Shown here piece after piece: positions 28,189 through 39,661 of a stretch of 64,000 nt of DNA; position 1 is the stretch's first letter; the number at the start of each line of letters is the position of its first letter. The stretch is from an uncultured Cohaesibacter sp. (GTDB taxonomy: Bacteria > Pseudomonadota > Alphaproteobacteria > Rhizobiales > Cohaesibacteraceae). The stretch spans positions 10,513 through 74,512 of the forward strand of contig NZ_CAUVYE020000024.1 in the NCBI RefSeq assembly GCF_963556055.3, given 5' to 3'. Position numbers and translations under genes: made by a program. Below the pieces are notes generated by a model. That model had not been told where the DNA came from. It did no database searches and saw nothing but the letters and a program-made list of their open reading frames with translations.

Positions 28189-29337
28189 TTGAGCGGTGAG
28201 CTTGGACTTTTTTCAGTGTCTGACTTGTATGAAAACAAGGTCAGGCGGGGAGAGATCGATGCTGATCACGGTCAGCGCGAGCTGGCCCACCGTTTCGATG
28301 GTCTTCTGGACGAAATCAGCGAACAACGTCTTTCAAGGAAAACATCCTCGCTGGGGTGGCTGTTTGCCAAACATCGACCGCAGAATGATCCCGTCAAGGG
28401 GCTCTATGTCTGGGGCGAGGTGGGACGTGGCAAGACAATGATCATGGATCTGTTCTATGACATTGCACCGGTCAAACGCAAAGGACGGTTCCATTTTCAC
28501 GAGTTTATGCGTGACATCCATGCGCGTATCAAACAGGCGAGGGCTGATATCGCGGCAGGCAAGATAAAGGGTGATGACCCAATCAAGCCGGTTGCGGACA
28601 TGCTGAGCCAAGAGCTTCGGCTCTTGTGTTTTGATGAATTTTCGGTCTCCGATATTGCCGATGCCATGCTGCTCGGTCGCCTGTTCTCACGTTTGTTTGC
28701 CGATGGCGTGGTGGTGGTTGCCACTTCCAATGTCGAGCCGGGCGAGCTCTACAAGGATGGCTTGAACCGCCAGCTTTTCATGCCGTTCATTGATCTGTTG
28801 GGTCAATATTGCGATGTTGTCCGCTTGGCATCCCGGACGGATTTCCGCCTCGAGAAGCTGGGGGGAGCTCCTGTCTATCTCTATCCGCTCACGGATGAGA
28901 AAAGGAACCAGTTTGAAACCATCTGGCAGAAGCTGATTGAAGCACCCTGTGCGCCGAGCGATGCGGTGAGCTATCAGGGGCGCAGTATTCACGTTCCTCA
29001 GGCCTATATGGGAGCAGCGCGTTTTGCCTTTGAGGATCTGTGCGCCAGACCGCTGGCTGCATCGGACTATCTGAGGCTTTGCGAGATCTATCACACCTTT
29101 TTTGTCGAAAATATTCCTCATTTCGGTCGTAACAATCGAAATGAGGCCAAGCGTTTTATCTTGTTCATCGATACGCTTTATGACAATCACGTTCGGCTCG
29201 TGCTTTCGGCGGTTGCCAAGGCAGCAGAGTTGAATTCAAATCTCAACGGCACGGAGGCATTCGAGTTTGACAGGACTGTTTCGCGACTTATCGAAATGCA
29301 GTCCGATGAATATCTCGATGCGTGTTCCAGTTTATAA
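28189..29337 (+). CDS. zapE: Cell division protein ZapE (AFG1-like ATPase)
   Basis: 382 aa with Walker A VWGEVGRGKTMIMD and Walker B LLCFDEF. It occupies the conserved position upstream of mdh in alphaproteobacteria. Confidence 0.88.
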   Translation: MSGELGLFSVSDLYENKVRRGEIDADHGQRELAHRFDGLLDEISEQRLSRKTSSLGWLFAKHRPQNDPVKGLYVWGEVGRGKTMIMDLFYDIAPVKRKGRFHFHEFMRDIHARIKQARADIAAGKIKGDDPIKPVADMLSQELRLLCFDEFSVSDIADAMLLGRLFSRLFADGVVVVATSNVEPGELYKDGLNRQLFMPFIDLLGQYCDVVRLASRTDFRLEKLGGAPVYLYPLTDEKRNQFETIWQKLIEAPCAPSDAVSYQGRSIHVPQAYMGAARFAFEDLCARPLAASDYLRLCEIYHTFFVENIPHFGRNNRNEAKRFILFIDTLYDNHVRLVLSAVAKAAELNSNLNGTEAFEFDRTVSRLIEMQSDEYLDACSSL

Positions 29338-29410
29338 TTACGTTAACGTAAGGGTTAAATTCACCAAAAGTCTCAGCTTTTTTATGGAATTAAAACTATC
29401 TGCGACTTGA

Positions 29411-30451
<1,041 letters not shown>

Positions 30452-30714
30452 GTTCAGTCTGTGAGATCCCCCCTCTTGAGGCAAGTTGGTCGTTCGAGAG
30501 GGAATGAATGATTTTGGGCAGCTCTGCATCAGTTGGCGATGCGGAGCTGTCTAAAAGTCAAGATTTCTGCGCCTTGGTTGCGTGAAAGCTCGATGCTCAC
30601 TTCATTTGGCCTTTCCCGCAGGCAAATCGCATTAAGACCAAAAAGCAACGAGCGGTCTGGGTACCCTTCGCTGTGAAGGGTGGTCGGGCCGATCTGAAGA
30701 CTAGGGGAGATCCC

Positions 30715-31912
30715 ATGAATATTCATGAGTATCAGGCAAAAGCTCTGTTAAAGGAGTATGGTGCACCTGTGGCTGATGGTGTGCCTGTTCTTTCAGCAGA
30801 CGAGGCAGCTTCGGCTGCCGAAAAGCTCGGCGGTCCGCTCTGGGTGGTTAAGTCCCAGATTCACGCGGGTGGTCGCGGCAAGGGGAAATTCAAGGAAGAA
30901 GCTGCCGGCGAAAAAGGCGGTGTTCGGCTCGCTTTCTCCAAAGACGAAGTGGTCCAGTATGTCCAGCAGATGCTGGGCTCCACTCTGGTGACCAAGCAGA
31001 CCGGCGAAGCCGGCAAGCAGGTCAACCGTCTCTACATCGAAGATGGTGCCGATATTGATCGCGAACTTTATGTTTCGCTGTTGGTGGACCGGTCATGCGG
31101 ACGTGTGGCATTCGTGGTCTCGACAGAGGGCGGCATGGATATCGAGGCGGTCGCTGAAGAGACCCCCGACAAGATCGTTACGGTTCCAATCGATCCCAAA
31201 ACAGGCGTCACGTCTGACGATGCGCATGTGCTGTGCGATGCGCTCGGGCTGAAAGATGACGCAAGGGAAGATGGTCTTTTCCTTTTCCCGATCCTCTATA
31301 AGGCATTCATTGAAAAAGACATGTCTCTTCTGGAAATCAACCCGCTCATCGTCATGGAAAATGGCCGTTTGCGCGTGCTTGATGCCAAAGTGTCTTTTGA
31401 TGGCAATGCTCTTTTCCGTCATCCCGAGATCATGGACTTGCGTGATCTGACCGAGGAAGACGCCAAGGAAATTGAAGCATCCAAATTTGATCTGGCCTAT
31501 GTGGCTCTCGACGGCAATATCGGTTGCATGGTCAACGGGAGCCGGTCTGGCCATGGCGACGATGGATATCATCAAGCTTTATGGCGCAGAGCCTGCAAAC
31601 TTCCTCGATGTTGGTGGGGGTGCCAGTGTCGAGAAGGTAACGGCAGCTTTCAAGATCATTACATCCGACCCGAATGTTGAAGGTATTCTGGTCAATATCT
31701 TTGGCGGCATCATGCGTTGCGATGTGATTGCGCAAGGGGTGCTGACAGCCGTTCAGGAAGTCGGGCTGAGCGTGCCGCTTGTGGTGCGCCTTGAAGGCAC
31801 GCGGGTCGAGGAAGGCAAGCGACTGATCGCTGAAAGCGATCTCAATGTCATTGCAGCCGATGATCTCAACGATGCTGCTCAGAAAATCGTAGCCGCAGTC
31901 AAGGGAGCCTGA
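30715..31912 (+). pseudogene. sucC: Succinyl-CoA ligase (ADP-forming) beta subunit, apparent +1 frameshift at GGG 31537-31539
   Basis: AGGGGAGA RBS precedes ATG 30715, giving [19 protein letters not shown]... The frame breaks after [10 protein letters not shown]. The next frame (track 31472..31912) continues [28 protein letters not shown]... Removing one G gives about 398 aa. Confidence 0.92.
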
Positions 31913-31916
31913 TCTG

Positions 31917-32828
31917 ATGTCAATTCTCGTTAACAAAGACACCAAAATCATCGTTCAGGGTCTTACCGGCAAGACCGGTACATTCCATACCGAACAGGCA
32001 CTTGAATATTTTGGCACCAAGATGGTTGCCGGGGTGCATCCGAAAAAGGGTGGTGAAACCTGGTCTTCCGGTATGGAATGCGCAGCCGAGCTGCCGATCT
32101 ATGCCTCGGTCAAGGAGGCCAAGGAGGCAACCGGTGCGACCGCCTCGGTCATTTACGTGCCGCCCGCAGGGGCTGGCGCTGCCATCATTGAGGCAATCGA
32201 AGCGGGCGTCGAGTTCATCACCTGCATCACCGAGGGCATTCCTGTGGCGGATATGGTCAAGGTCAAGCGTCGTCTCGAAGAGTCCGATGCTCGTTTGCTT
32301 GGCCCGAACTGCCCTGGTGTTCTGACACCGGAAGAATGCAAGATCGGCATCATGCCCGGTTCCATCTTCAAGAAAGGCTCTGTGGGTATCGTCTCGCGTT
32401 CGGGTACCCTGACCTATGAAGCGGTTTTCCAGACCACCAATGAAGGCCTTGGCCAGTCGACGGCTGTCGGGATTGGCGGTGACCCGGTCAAGGGCACCGA
32501 ATTTATCGATATGCTCGATATGTTCCTTGATGATGATGAAACAGAATCCATCATCATGATCGGCGAGATCGGTGGGTCTGCCGAAGAGGAGGCCTCTGAA
32601 TGGCTGAAAGCTGAGGCTGCCAAGGGTCGTAAAAAGCCAATGGTCGGCTTCATCGCAGGTCGTACCGCCCCTCCGGGCCGGACCATGGGCCATGCCGGTG
32701 CGGTCATTTCTGGCGGCAAAGGCGGAGCTGAAGACAAGATTGCTGCGATGGAAAGCGCAGGGATTCGTGTTTCTCCTTCTCCTGCAAGTCTCGGTACCAC
32801 TTTGGTTGACTTGCTCAAGGGTAAGTAA
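31917..32828 (+). CDS. sucD: Succinyl-CoA ligase alpha subunit
   Basis: [24 protein letters not shown]...SRSGTLTYE...GHAGAII-like [10 protein letters not shown]; 303 aa. Confidence 0.97.
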   Translation: MSILVNKDTKIIVQGLTGKTGTFHTEQALEYFGTKMVAGVHPKKGGETWSSGMECAAELPIYASVKEAKEATGATASVIYVPPAGAGAAIIEAIEAGVEFITCITEGIPVADMVKVKRRLEESDARLLGPNCPGVLTPEECKIGIMPGSIFKKGSVGIVSRSGTLTYEAVFQTTNEGLGQSTAVGIGGDPVKGTEFIDMLDMFLDDDETESIIMIGEIGGSAEEEASEWLKAEAAKGRKKPMVGFIAGRTAPPGRTMGHAGAVISGGKGGAEDKIAAMESAGIRVSPSPASLGTTLVDLLKGK

Positions 32829-32951
32829 AAGCGCGACACTAAGAAATTGCCATAAGGTAAGTCTTTGTGCTTATCTTATGGCGCAAGGATGGGTCAGCAA
32901 TGGTGCTGGACCAGAAAAATGAGACCGGACATCGGTCCGGTGGTGGTGGCG

Positions 32952-35942
32952 ATGGCACGTCAGGACGCAAATGAAGCGTTCGCGTTATCTTCTTTCCTCT
33001 ATGGAGGTAACGCGTCCTATATTGAGGATCTTTACGCCCGTTATCTAAAAGATCCCACGTCAGTCGAAGAAGAGTGGCGGGTCTTTTTTCGGGATCTTCA
33101 GGATAACAAAAACGATATCGAAGCCAATGCCAGGGGTGCTTCCTGGAAACGCGCTGACTGGCCGGTTGAATCCAATGGTGAGATGGTTTCAGCCCTTGCC
33201 GGTGGTGGTGACTTCTTTGTCGAAGAGAAGAAGCTTGGCGACAAGCTGAAGGCCAAGGCCCAAAGTCAGGGTGTCGAGCTTACCGATGCTGCGGTCCAGC
33301 AGGCCACGCGGGATTCGGTTCGCGCCCTGATGATGATTCGTGCCTATCGCATGCGTGGCCATTTGCATGCGGATCTCGATCCGCTCAATCTGGCCGAAGC
33401 GAAAGATCACGAGGAGCTGCATCCCTCGTCCTACGGCTTTACCGAGGCAGATTATAGCCGCAAGATTTTCATCGATCACGTTCTGGGGCTCGAATTTGCG
33501 ACAATCCCGGAAATGCTCGAAATTCTGCGCCGTACCTATTGTTCCACTCTCGGGGTGGAATTCATGCATATATCCGATCCGGCCGAGAAGTCCTGGATTC
33601 AGGAGCGCATCGAGGGTCCGGACAAACAGATCGCCTTTACCGAGAATGGCAAGAAGGCCATCCTGTACAAACTGGTGGAAGCGGAAGGGTTCGAGAAATT
33701 TCTCGATCTGAAATATACCGGCACCAAGCGTTTTGGTCTTGATGGGGGCGAATCCCTTATCCCGGCGCTTGAGCAGATTATCAAGCGTGGTGGCGCCATG
33801 GGCGTCAAGCAGATTGTTCTTGGAATGGCCCACCGTGGGCGCCTGAATGTGCTTTCCCAGGTGATGGGCAAACCGCATCGCGCAATTTTCCATGAATTCA
33901 AGGGTGGATCCATCACTCCCGATGATGTCGAAGGGTCCGGAGATGTGAAATATCATCTGGGTGCGTCGTCCGACCGTGCCTTTGATGGCAACAATGTGCA
34001 TTTGTCTCTGACCGCCAACCCCTCGCATCTTGAGATCGTGAACCCTGTTGTGCTCGGCAAGGCTCGCGCCAAGCAGGATCAGCATTGCGCCGAGGATGGC
34101 AATTTCATCGAAACGACTGAAGTTGATCGTACTTCTGTGTTGCCGTTGTTGATCCATGGTGATGCGGCCTTTGCGGGTCAGGGTGTGGTTGCGGAGTGCT
34201 TTGGCCTGTCCGGCTTGCGTGGTCACAGAACCGGTGGGTCTATTCACGTCATCATCAACAACCAGATCGGCTTCACCACCTATCCGCGCTTCTCGCGCTC
34301 TTCACCATATCCTTCGGATTTGGCCAAGATGATCGAGGCGCCCATTCTGCATTGTAATGGTGATGATCCTGAATCGGTTGTCTTTGCGGCCAAGATCGCA
34401 ACGGAATTCCGTCAGCTGTTTGGCAAGCCGGTCGTCATCGACATGTTCTGTTATCGCCGGTTCGGCCATAACGAGGGTGATGAGCCAGCCTTTACCCAGC
34501 CGCTGATGTACAAGAAGATCCGCAAGCATCCGACCAGCTTGCAGCTTTATGCGGACAAGCTGATTGCTGAAGGCGTGATCAAACCGGAAGATCTTGAACA
34601 GATGCGCGCTGATGTGCGCAAGATGCTGGATGATGAATTTGAAGCCGGACAAAGCTTCATGCCCAACAAGGCGGATTGGTTCGACGGCAAATGGACCGGT
34701 TTGACAACCGCCAGCGCCGAAGATGATCGCCGTTCCGGCAATACCGGCGTTGATGTTGAGGAATTGCGGGAAGTCGGCAAGAAGCTGACAACCATTCCCG
34801 ATGATTTCAACGTGCATCGCACAGTTCAGCGCTTCCTTAACAACCGCGCCAACATGATGGAAACCGGAGAGGGAATCGATTGGGCAACAGCTGAATCACT
34901 GGCCTTCGGTACCCTTGTCAAGGATGGCCATCCGGTTCGCTTGTCCGGGCAGGACAGCGAAAGGGGCACCTTCTCCCAGCGGCACACCGTGCTTTATGAC
35001 CAGCAGAGCGAAGAACGCTATATTCCGCTCAACCATATCGCAGAGGGTCAGAACCGCTATGAAGTGATCAACTCGATGCTTTCGGAAGAAGCAGTGCTCG
35101 GGTTCGAATATGGCTATTCCCTTGCGGAGCCCAAAGGCCTGACAATGTGGGAAGCCCAGTTTGGCGATTTTGCCAACGGGGCGCAGGTTGTTTTTGACCA
35201 GTTCCTCAGCTCGGCTGAACGCAAATGGCTCCGTGCATCCGGTCTGGTCGTGCTGTTGCCTCACGGTTATGAAGGGCAGGGTCCGGAACATAGTTCCGCC
35301 CGTCTGGAACGCTATCTCCAATCCTGTGCCGAAGATAATATCCAGGTCGCCAACTGCACCACTCCGGCCAACTATTTCCATATTCTGAGACGGCAGGTGA
35401 AGCGGTCTTTCCGCAAGCCGCTCATCCTGATGACACCTAAAAGCCTGCTGCGCCACAAGCGTGCGATTTCAAATCTGGCTGAACTGGGCGCTGGCAGCAC
35501 ATTCCACCGTGTGTTGTGGGATGATGCTGAAATCCGACCGAGTCAGGAAATCAAACTGACATCGGATGACAAGATCCGGCGGGTCATTCTCTGCACCGGC
35601 AAGGTTTATTACGACCTTTATGAGGAGCGTGAGAAACGCGGTATCAATGATGTCTATTTGATGCGTGTCGAACAGCTTTACCCATTCCCGGCCAAAACCC
35701 TGGTCAAGGAACTCAGCCGCTTCAAGCAGGCAGATATCGCCTGGTGTCAGGAAGAGCCGAAAAACCAGGGTTCCTGGACCTTTGTCGAGCCTTATATGGA
35801 ATGGGTTCTCAATCAGATTGAAGCAAGTGTTTTGCGGCCTTCCTATATTGGTCGTCCGGCATCTGCTGCCACAGCTACCGGCCTGATGAGCAGACATATG
35901 GCTCAGCTTCGGGCCTTCCTTGATGATGCGTTTGCCGAGTAA
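32952..35942 (+). CDS. sucA: 2-oxoglutarate dehydrogenase E1 component
   Basis: Start at ATG 32952 (MARQDANEAFALSSFLYGGNASYIEDLYARY), 996 aa; the track ORF begins at 32865. Confidence 0.96.
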   Translation: MARQDANEAFALSSFLYGGNASYIEDLYARYLKDPTSVEEEWRVFFRDLQDNKNDIEANARGASWKRADWPVESNGEMVSALAGGGDFFVEEKKLGDKLKAKAQSQGVELTDAAVQQATRDSVRALMMIRAYRMRGHLHADLDPLNLAEAKDHEELHPSSYGFTEADYSRKIFIDHVLGLEFATIPEMLEILRRTYCSTLGVEFMHISDPAEKSWIQERIEGPDKQIAFTENGKKAILYKLVEAEGFEKFLDLKYTGTKRFGLDGGESLIPALEQIIKRGGAMGVKQIVLGMAHRGRLNVLSQVMGKPHRAIFHEFKGGSITPDDVEGSGDVKYHLGASSDRAFDGNNVHLSLTANPSHLEIVNPVVLGKARAKQDQHCAEDGNFIETTEVDRTSVLPLLIHGDAAFAGQGVVAECFGLSGLRGHRTGGSIHVIINNQIGFTTYPRFSRSSPYPSDLAKMIEAPILHCNGDDPESVVFAAKIATEFRQLFGKPVVIDMFCYRRFGHNEGDEPAFTQPLMYKKIRKHPTSLQLYADKLIAEGVIKPEDLEQMRADVRKMLDDEFEAGQSFMPNKADWFDGKWTGLTTASAEDDRRSGNTGVDVEELREVGKKLTTIPDDFNVHRTVQRFLNNRANMMETGEGIDWATAESLAFGTLVKDGHPVRLSGQDSERGTFSQRHTVLYDQQSEERYIPLNHIAEGQNRYEVINSMLSEEAVLGFEYGYSLAEPKGLTMWEAQFGDFANGAQVVFDQFLSSAERKWLRASGLVVLLPHGYEGQGPEHSSARLERYLQSCAEDNIQVANCTTPANYFHILRRQVKRSFRKPLILMTPKSLLRHKRAISNLAELGAGSTFHRVLWDDAEIRPSQEIKLTSDDKIRRVILCTGKVYYDLYEEREKRGINDVYLMRVEQLYPFPAKTLVKELSRFKQADIAWCQEEPKNQGSWTFVEPYMEWVLNQIEASVLRPSYIGRPASAATATGLMSRHMAQLRAFLDDAFAE

Positions 35943-35975
35943 CCGGCTGACCCAAGTGATATGTGAGAGAAATAA

Positions 35976-37205
35976 ATGGCTACGGAAATCAAAGTCCCAA
36001 CTCTGGGCGAGTCTGTGACCGAAGCGACAATCGGTCAGTGGTTCAAAGCAACCGGTGATGCTGTTCAGGCTGATGAGCCTCTTGTTGAACTGGAAACCGA
36101 CAAGGTCACCATCGAAGTGCCCGCTCCGGTATCCGGCACCTTGGGCGATATCGTTGCGGCAGAAGGCGAAACCGTCGAGGTCGGTGCGCTGCTTGCCATG
36201 TTGCAGGAAGGGGAAGGAGCAGCAGCTGCTCCGGCTCCCAAAACCGAGGCAAAAGGGGAACCAAAGGCAGCCCCCGCTCCGGCTCCTGCCGCGGCACCGG
36301 CAGCGACCGCAATGCCACCTGCGCCAAGTGCTGCAAAGATGATGACCGAGCAGAAAATCGATCCGAGCGCTGTTTCCGGTACCGGGGTTCGCGGACAGGT
36401 TCTCAAGGGTGACGTGATCAATGCGATCGCTGCCGGGGCTACCGCACCTGCGGGCGTTCCTGCTTCTGCGCCCGTCGCCCGTCCGGCTTCTGCACCTGTT
36501 GATGCGGAGCGTGAAGAGCGGGTGCGCATGACCAAACTGCGCCAGACAATCGCTCGTCGTTTGAAGGACGCACAGAATACAGCTGCCATGCTGACCACAT
36601 TCAACGATGTGGACATGTCTGCGGTGATGTCCTTGCGCAAGGAATATAAGGATCTGTTCGAGAAGAAGCATGGCGTCCGTCTCGGCTTCATGGGCTTCTT
36701 TGCCAAAGCGATCTGCAAGGCACTTGAAGAAATTCCGGCCGTCAATGCAGAGATCGATGGTACCGACCTGATCTACAAGCATTTTGTCCATCTTGGTGTT
36801 GCCGTTGGCTCACCTCGCGGTCTTGTCGTTCCGGTTGTTCGCGATGCGGACCAGATGTCCATTGCCGAGATTGAAAAGGCAATTGCCGACTTCGGTCGCC
36901 GGGCACGCGATGGACAGCTGACGATTGAAGAAATGCAGGGTGGCACTTTCACCGTTTCCAACGGTGGTGTTTATGGCTCCATGATGTCGACCCCTATTCT
37001 CAATGCGCCCCAGTCCGGTATTCTGGGCATGCACCGCATTGAAGACCGTCCGGTGGTTCGCAATGGCGAGATCGTCATTCGGCCAATGATGTATCTGGCG
37101 CTTTCCTATGATCACCGTATCGTTGATGGCAAGGAAGCCGTGACTTTCCTTGTTCGCGTCAAGGAAGGGCTCGAAGATCCTCAGCGCCTCGTTCTGGATC
37201 TGTAA
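35976..37205 (+). CDS. sucB: Dihydrolipoyllysine-residue succinyltransferase (2-oxoglutarate dehydrogenase E2)
   Basis: Lipoyl domain [14 protein letters not shown], an Ala/Pro linker, and the catalytic motif [13 protein letters not shown]. Confidence 0.96.
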   Translation: MATEIKVPTLGESVTEATIGQWFKATGDAVQADEPLVELETDKVTIEVPAPVSGTLGDIVAAEGETVEVGALLAMLQEGEGAAAAPAPKTEAKGEPKAAPAPAPAAAPAATAMPPAPSAAKMMTEQKIDPSAVSGTGVRGQVLKGDVINAIAAGATAPAGVPASAPVARPASAPVDAEREERVRMTKLRQTIARRLKDAQNTAAMLTTFNDVDMSAVMSLRKEYKDLFEKKHGVRLGFMGFFAKAICKALEEIPAVNAEIDGTDLIYKHFVHLGVAVGSPRGLVVPVVRDADQMSIAEIEKAIADFGRRARDGQLTIEEMQGGTFTVSNGGVYGSMMSTPILNAPQSGILGMHRIEDRPVVRNGEIVIRPMMYLALSYDHRIVDGKEAVTFLVRVKEGLEDPQRLVLDL

Positions 37206-37223
37206 GCTGATAGAAATTGGTGG

Positions 37224-37253
37224 CGGGGCTCGATTTGCGGGCCCCGTTTTTTT
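37224..37253 (+). terminator. Terminator-like hairpin after sucB
   Basis: Stem CGGGGC / GCCCCG followed by TTTTTTTCGTTT. It lies 50 nt before the lpdA start, so it may be a partial or attenuating terminator. Confidence 0.6.
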
Positions 37254-37306
37254 CGTTTGGCGCAACGCTCGCCACAATAATCCAGCATAGTGCAGGAGTG
37301 AATGAA

Positions 37307-38707
37307 ATGTCATACGATCTTGTCGTCATCGGTACCGGCCCTGGTGGTTATGTTTGCGCAATTCGCGCTGCGCAACTGGGCATGAAAGTGGCTGTGGTCG
37401 AAAAAAGAAGCACCCATGGCGGCACCTGCCTGAATGTGGGCTGTATTCCTTCAAAGGCGCTTCTGCACGCTTCGGAATTGTTCGAGGAAGCAGGGCATGA
37501 TTTTGCCAATATGGGTATCAAGGTTGGCAAGCCAACGCTCGATCTCAAGGCGATGATGGCGCACAAGGACGAAGTCATTGACGGCAACGTCAAGGGCATC
37601 GACTTCCTGTTCAAGAAGAACAAAATCGATACATTCCATGGAGTTGGCAAGATTCTGTCTGCCGGGAAGGTTGAGGTCACGCCGGACAAAGGCGATGTTC
37701 AGATCGTTGAAACCAAGAATATCGTCATTGCGACCGGCTCTGATGTTGCAACATTGCCGGGCATTGATATCGACGAAAGCCATGTTGTTTCCTCAACTGG
37801 CGCGTTGGCGCTCGATAAGGTGCCGGGCAAACTGGTCGTTGTTGGCGCCGGTGTGATCGGTCTCGAGCTGGGCTCGGTCTGGCGCCGCTTGGGTTCTGAG
37901 GTCACGGTTGTCGAGTTCCTGGATCATATTCTGCCTGGCATGGATGGCGAGATCGTAAAGAATGCCGAACGCATGTTCAAGAAACAGGGCTTTGACTTCA
38001 AGCTCGGTGCCAAGGTGACGGGCGTTGAGAAGCACAAGAAAGGTCTCAAGGTAACCATCGAACCATCCAAGGGTGGGGACGCTTCCGAGCTGGATGCCGA
38101 TATCGTGCTTGTTGCCATTGGTCGTCGTCCCTTTACCGAAGGATTGGGGCTTGAAGCGGCAGGGGTTGCGCTTGATGAGCGCGGCCGGGTAGCAACTGAC
38201 GGGCATTTCAAGACAAATGTCGATGGCATCTATGCGATCGGCGACGTGATTGAAGGCCCGATGTTGGCTCACAAGGCTGAAGATGATGGCGTGGCGCTGG
38301 CCGAGATCCTTGCAGGGCAGGCGGGTCATGTCGATTACAATCTGGTGCCTGGGGTTGTCTACACCATGCCTGAAATCGCGGTGCTCGGTAAAAGCGAAGA
38401 AAAGCTCAAGGAAGAGGGCATTGCCTATAATGTCGGCAAATTCCCCTTCTCGGCCAACGGTCGGGCCAAGGCTCAGCGTCACACTGACGGCTTTGTCAAG
38501 ATTCTCGCCGACAAGGTCACGGACAAGGTGTTGGGCGTGCATATGATCGGCGCTGGTGTTGGTGAACTCATTCACGAAACATCGGTTCTGATGGCTTTCT
38601 CGGGGTCTGCTGAGGATTTGGCGCGGACCATTCACGCCCATCCGACGCTCTCTGAAGCCGTCAAGGAAGCGGCTTTGGCGGTCGATAAACGGCCAATTCA
38701 TATGTAA
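37307..38707 (+). CDS. lpdA: Dihydrolipoyl dehydrogenase (E3)
   Basis: AGGAG lies upstream of ATG 37307. MSYDLVVIGTGPGGYVCAIRAAQLG...GGTCLNVGCIPSKALL contains the redox disulfide. Confidence 0.96.
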   Translation: MSYDLVVIGTGPGGYVCAIRAAQLGMKVAVVEKRSTHGGTCLNVGCIPSKALLHASELFEEAGHDFANMGIKVGKPTLDLKAMMAHKDEVIDGNVKGIDFLFKKNKIDTFHGVGKILSAGKVEVTPDKGDVQIVETKNIVIATGSDVATLPGIDIDESHVVSSTGALALDKVPGKLVVVGAGVIGLELGSVWRRLGSEVTVVEFLDHILPGMDGEIVKNAERMFKKQGFDFKLGAKVTGVEKHKKGLKVTIEPSKGGDASELDADIVLVAIGRRPFTEGLGLEAAGVALDERGRVATDGHFKTNVDGIYAIGDVIEGPMLAHKAEDDGVALAEILAGQAGHVDYNLVPGVVYTMPEIAVLGKSEEKLKEEGIAYNVGKFPFSANGRAKAQRHTDGFVKILADKVTDKVLGVHMIGAGVGELIHETSVLMAFSGSAEDLARTIHAHPTLSEAVKEAALAVDKRPIHM

Positions 38708-38762
38708 TTGGTGATCGTTTCGATGGCGCAGATCGCTTTGCGCTTCGGATCGGGACAGAGAC

Positions 38763-38793
38763 AAAGCCGCTCAGATTTGGGCGGCTTTTTTCG
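38763..38793 (+). terminator. Rho-independent terminator after lpdA
   Basis: Perfect 8-bp stem AAAGCCGC / GCGGCTTT followed by TTTTCG. Confidence 0.75.
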
Positions 38794-38919
38794 TGCTGAT
38801 GATATCGAGCCAACGCGCAGCTCTCCACGATGCCGGACATCATCGGGGTTTCGATGTGACGATAAATGCTTGCAATGTTTCGTGAGCTGATGCGTTTGCA
38901 CCGCTGCTCGCACCTGTCC

Positions 38920-39330
38920 CTATTTACGCCAAAGCACGAAGGAACGCTTGGTGTTGGCTTTTCTGGGGTCGTGGAAGTCGTCATAGACAGTTGCGTCCAT
39001 GCGCTTGCCATTGATCGATACAGTGACGGTGCGGCGGGCGAAGAAGGTGTTGTAACCCACTTCAAGGCTCGTGTCGTTGGACTGATGAGCAATTGAACGG
39101 CCCCAGGTGCAGTCGCGAGGGGCGCAGGCCGTATAGGCCTTGACCTGAATATGGGGCACGGTATGGGCGTTGCAGATTTCCTTGATTTCCAGCTTGGTCA
39201 GATCTTCACGGTGACCGGCAAATGGGTTCTCCCAAACACCGAGAGTCTGGGATGTGACACATTCCCCTGCCTGTGCCAATGCTGACATGGAGATGAAGGA
39301 GGCGAATAGGATTACTGCCCGATAAGTCAT
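38920..39330 (-). CDS. Small secreted Cys-containing protein, hypothetical
   Basis: ATG 39330 (GTG 39342 also possible). Signal peptide MTYRAVILFASFISMSALAQA|GE. The mature protein is about 115 aa with 4 Cys (CVTS, EICN, ACAPRDC). No family recognised. Confidence 0.6.
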   Translation of the reverse strand: MTYRAVILFASFISMSALAQAGECVTSQTLGVWENPFAGHREDLTKLEIKEICNAHTVPHIQVKAYTACAPRDCTWGRSIAHQSNDTSLEVGYNTFFARRTVTVSINGKRMDATVYDDFHDPRKANTKRSFVLWRK

Positions 39331-39661
39331 TTTGTGTTCCACCGAAATCTCGTGAGGTCGTCTCGAAGGACGTTCGAGCCTTCAATTGTGGTATTAATAG
39401 CATTATAAAGCGAAATTTGTTACGGGGTTGTTAAAAAACCATAAAATGAAAGTCGAGTAAATCCAGTTTAATTCGAATTTTAATTGATTATTATTGTGCA
39501 TTATCGACTTATAGCAAAAACAAACCTTAAAACTCTCACTAATTGTAATTTTTAACGTTGTAATATTGGCTTTCTACAACAAAACGGGTGATTGAATAGT
39601 CAATTGGGGTCTATTCGATTGTATTTGCGCCAGATTTGGCAATCCCTCATGTGGACAAATC

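Noticed and set aside
35469-36791. A 440-aa minus-strand ORF spanning the sucA/sucB junction. Similar long antisense ORFs occur at 29471..30529 (mdh), 33189..34247 (sucA), 41996..43087 (priA), 47434..48456 (atpD), 62091..63194 (proB), 37793..38764 (lpdA) and 6221..7288 (gdh).
   Set aside because: All lie opposite confidently identified conserved genes and lack family signatures. They are treated as non-coding shadow frames.
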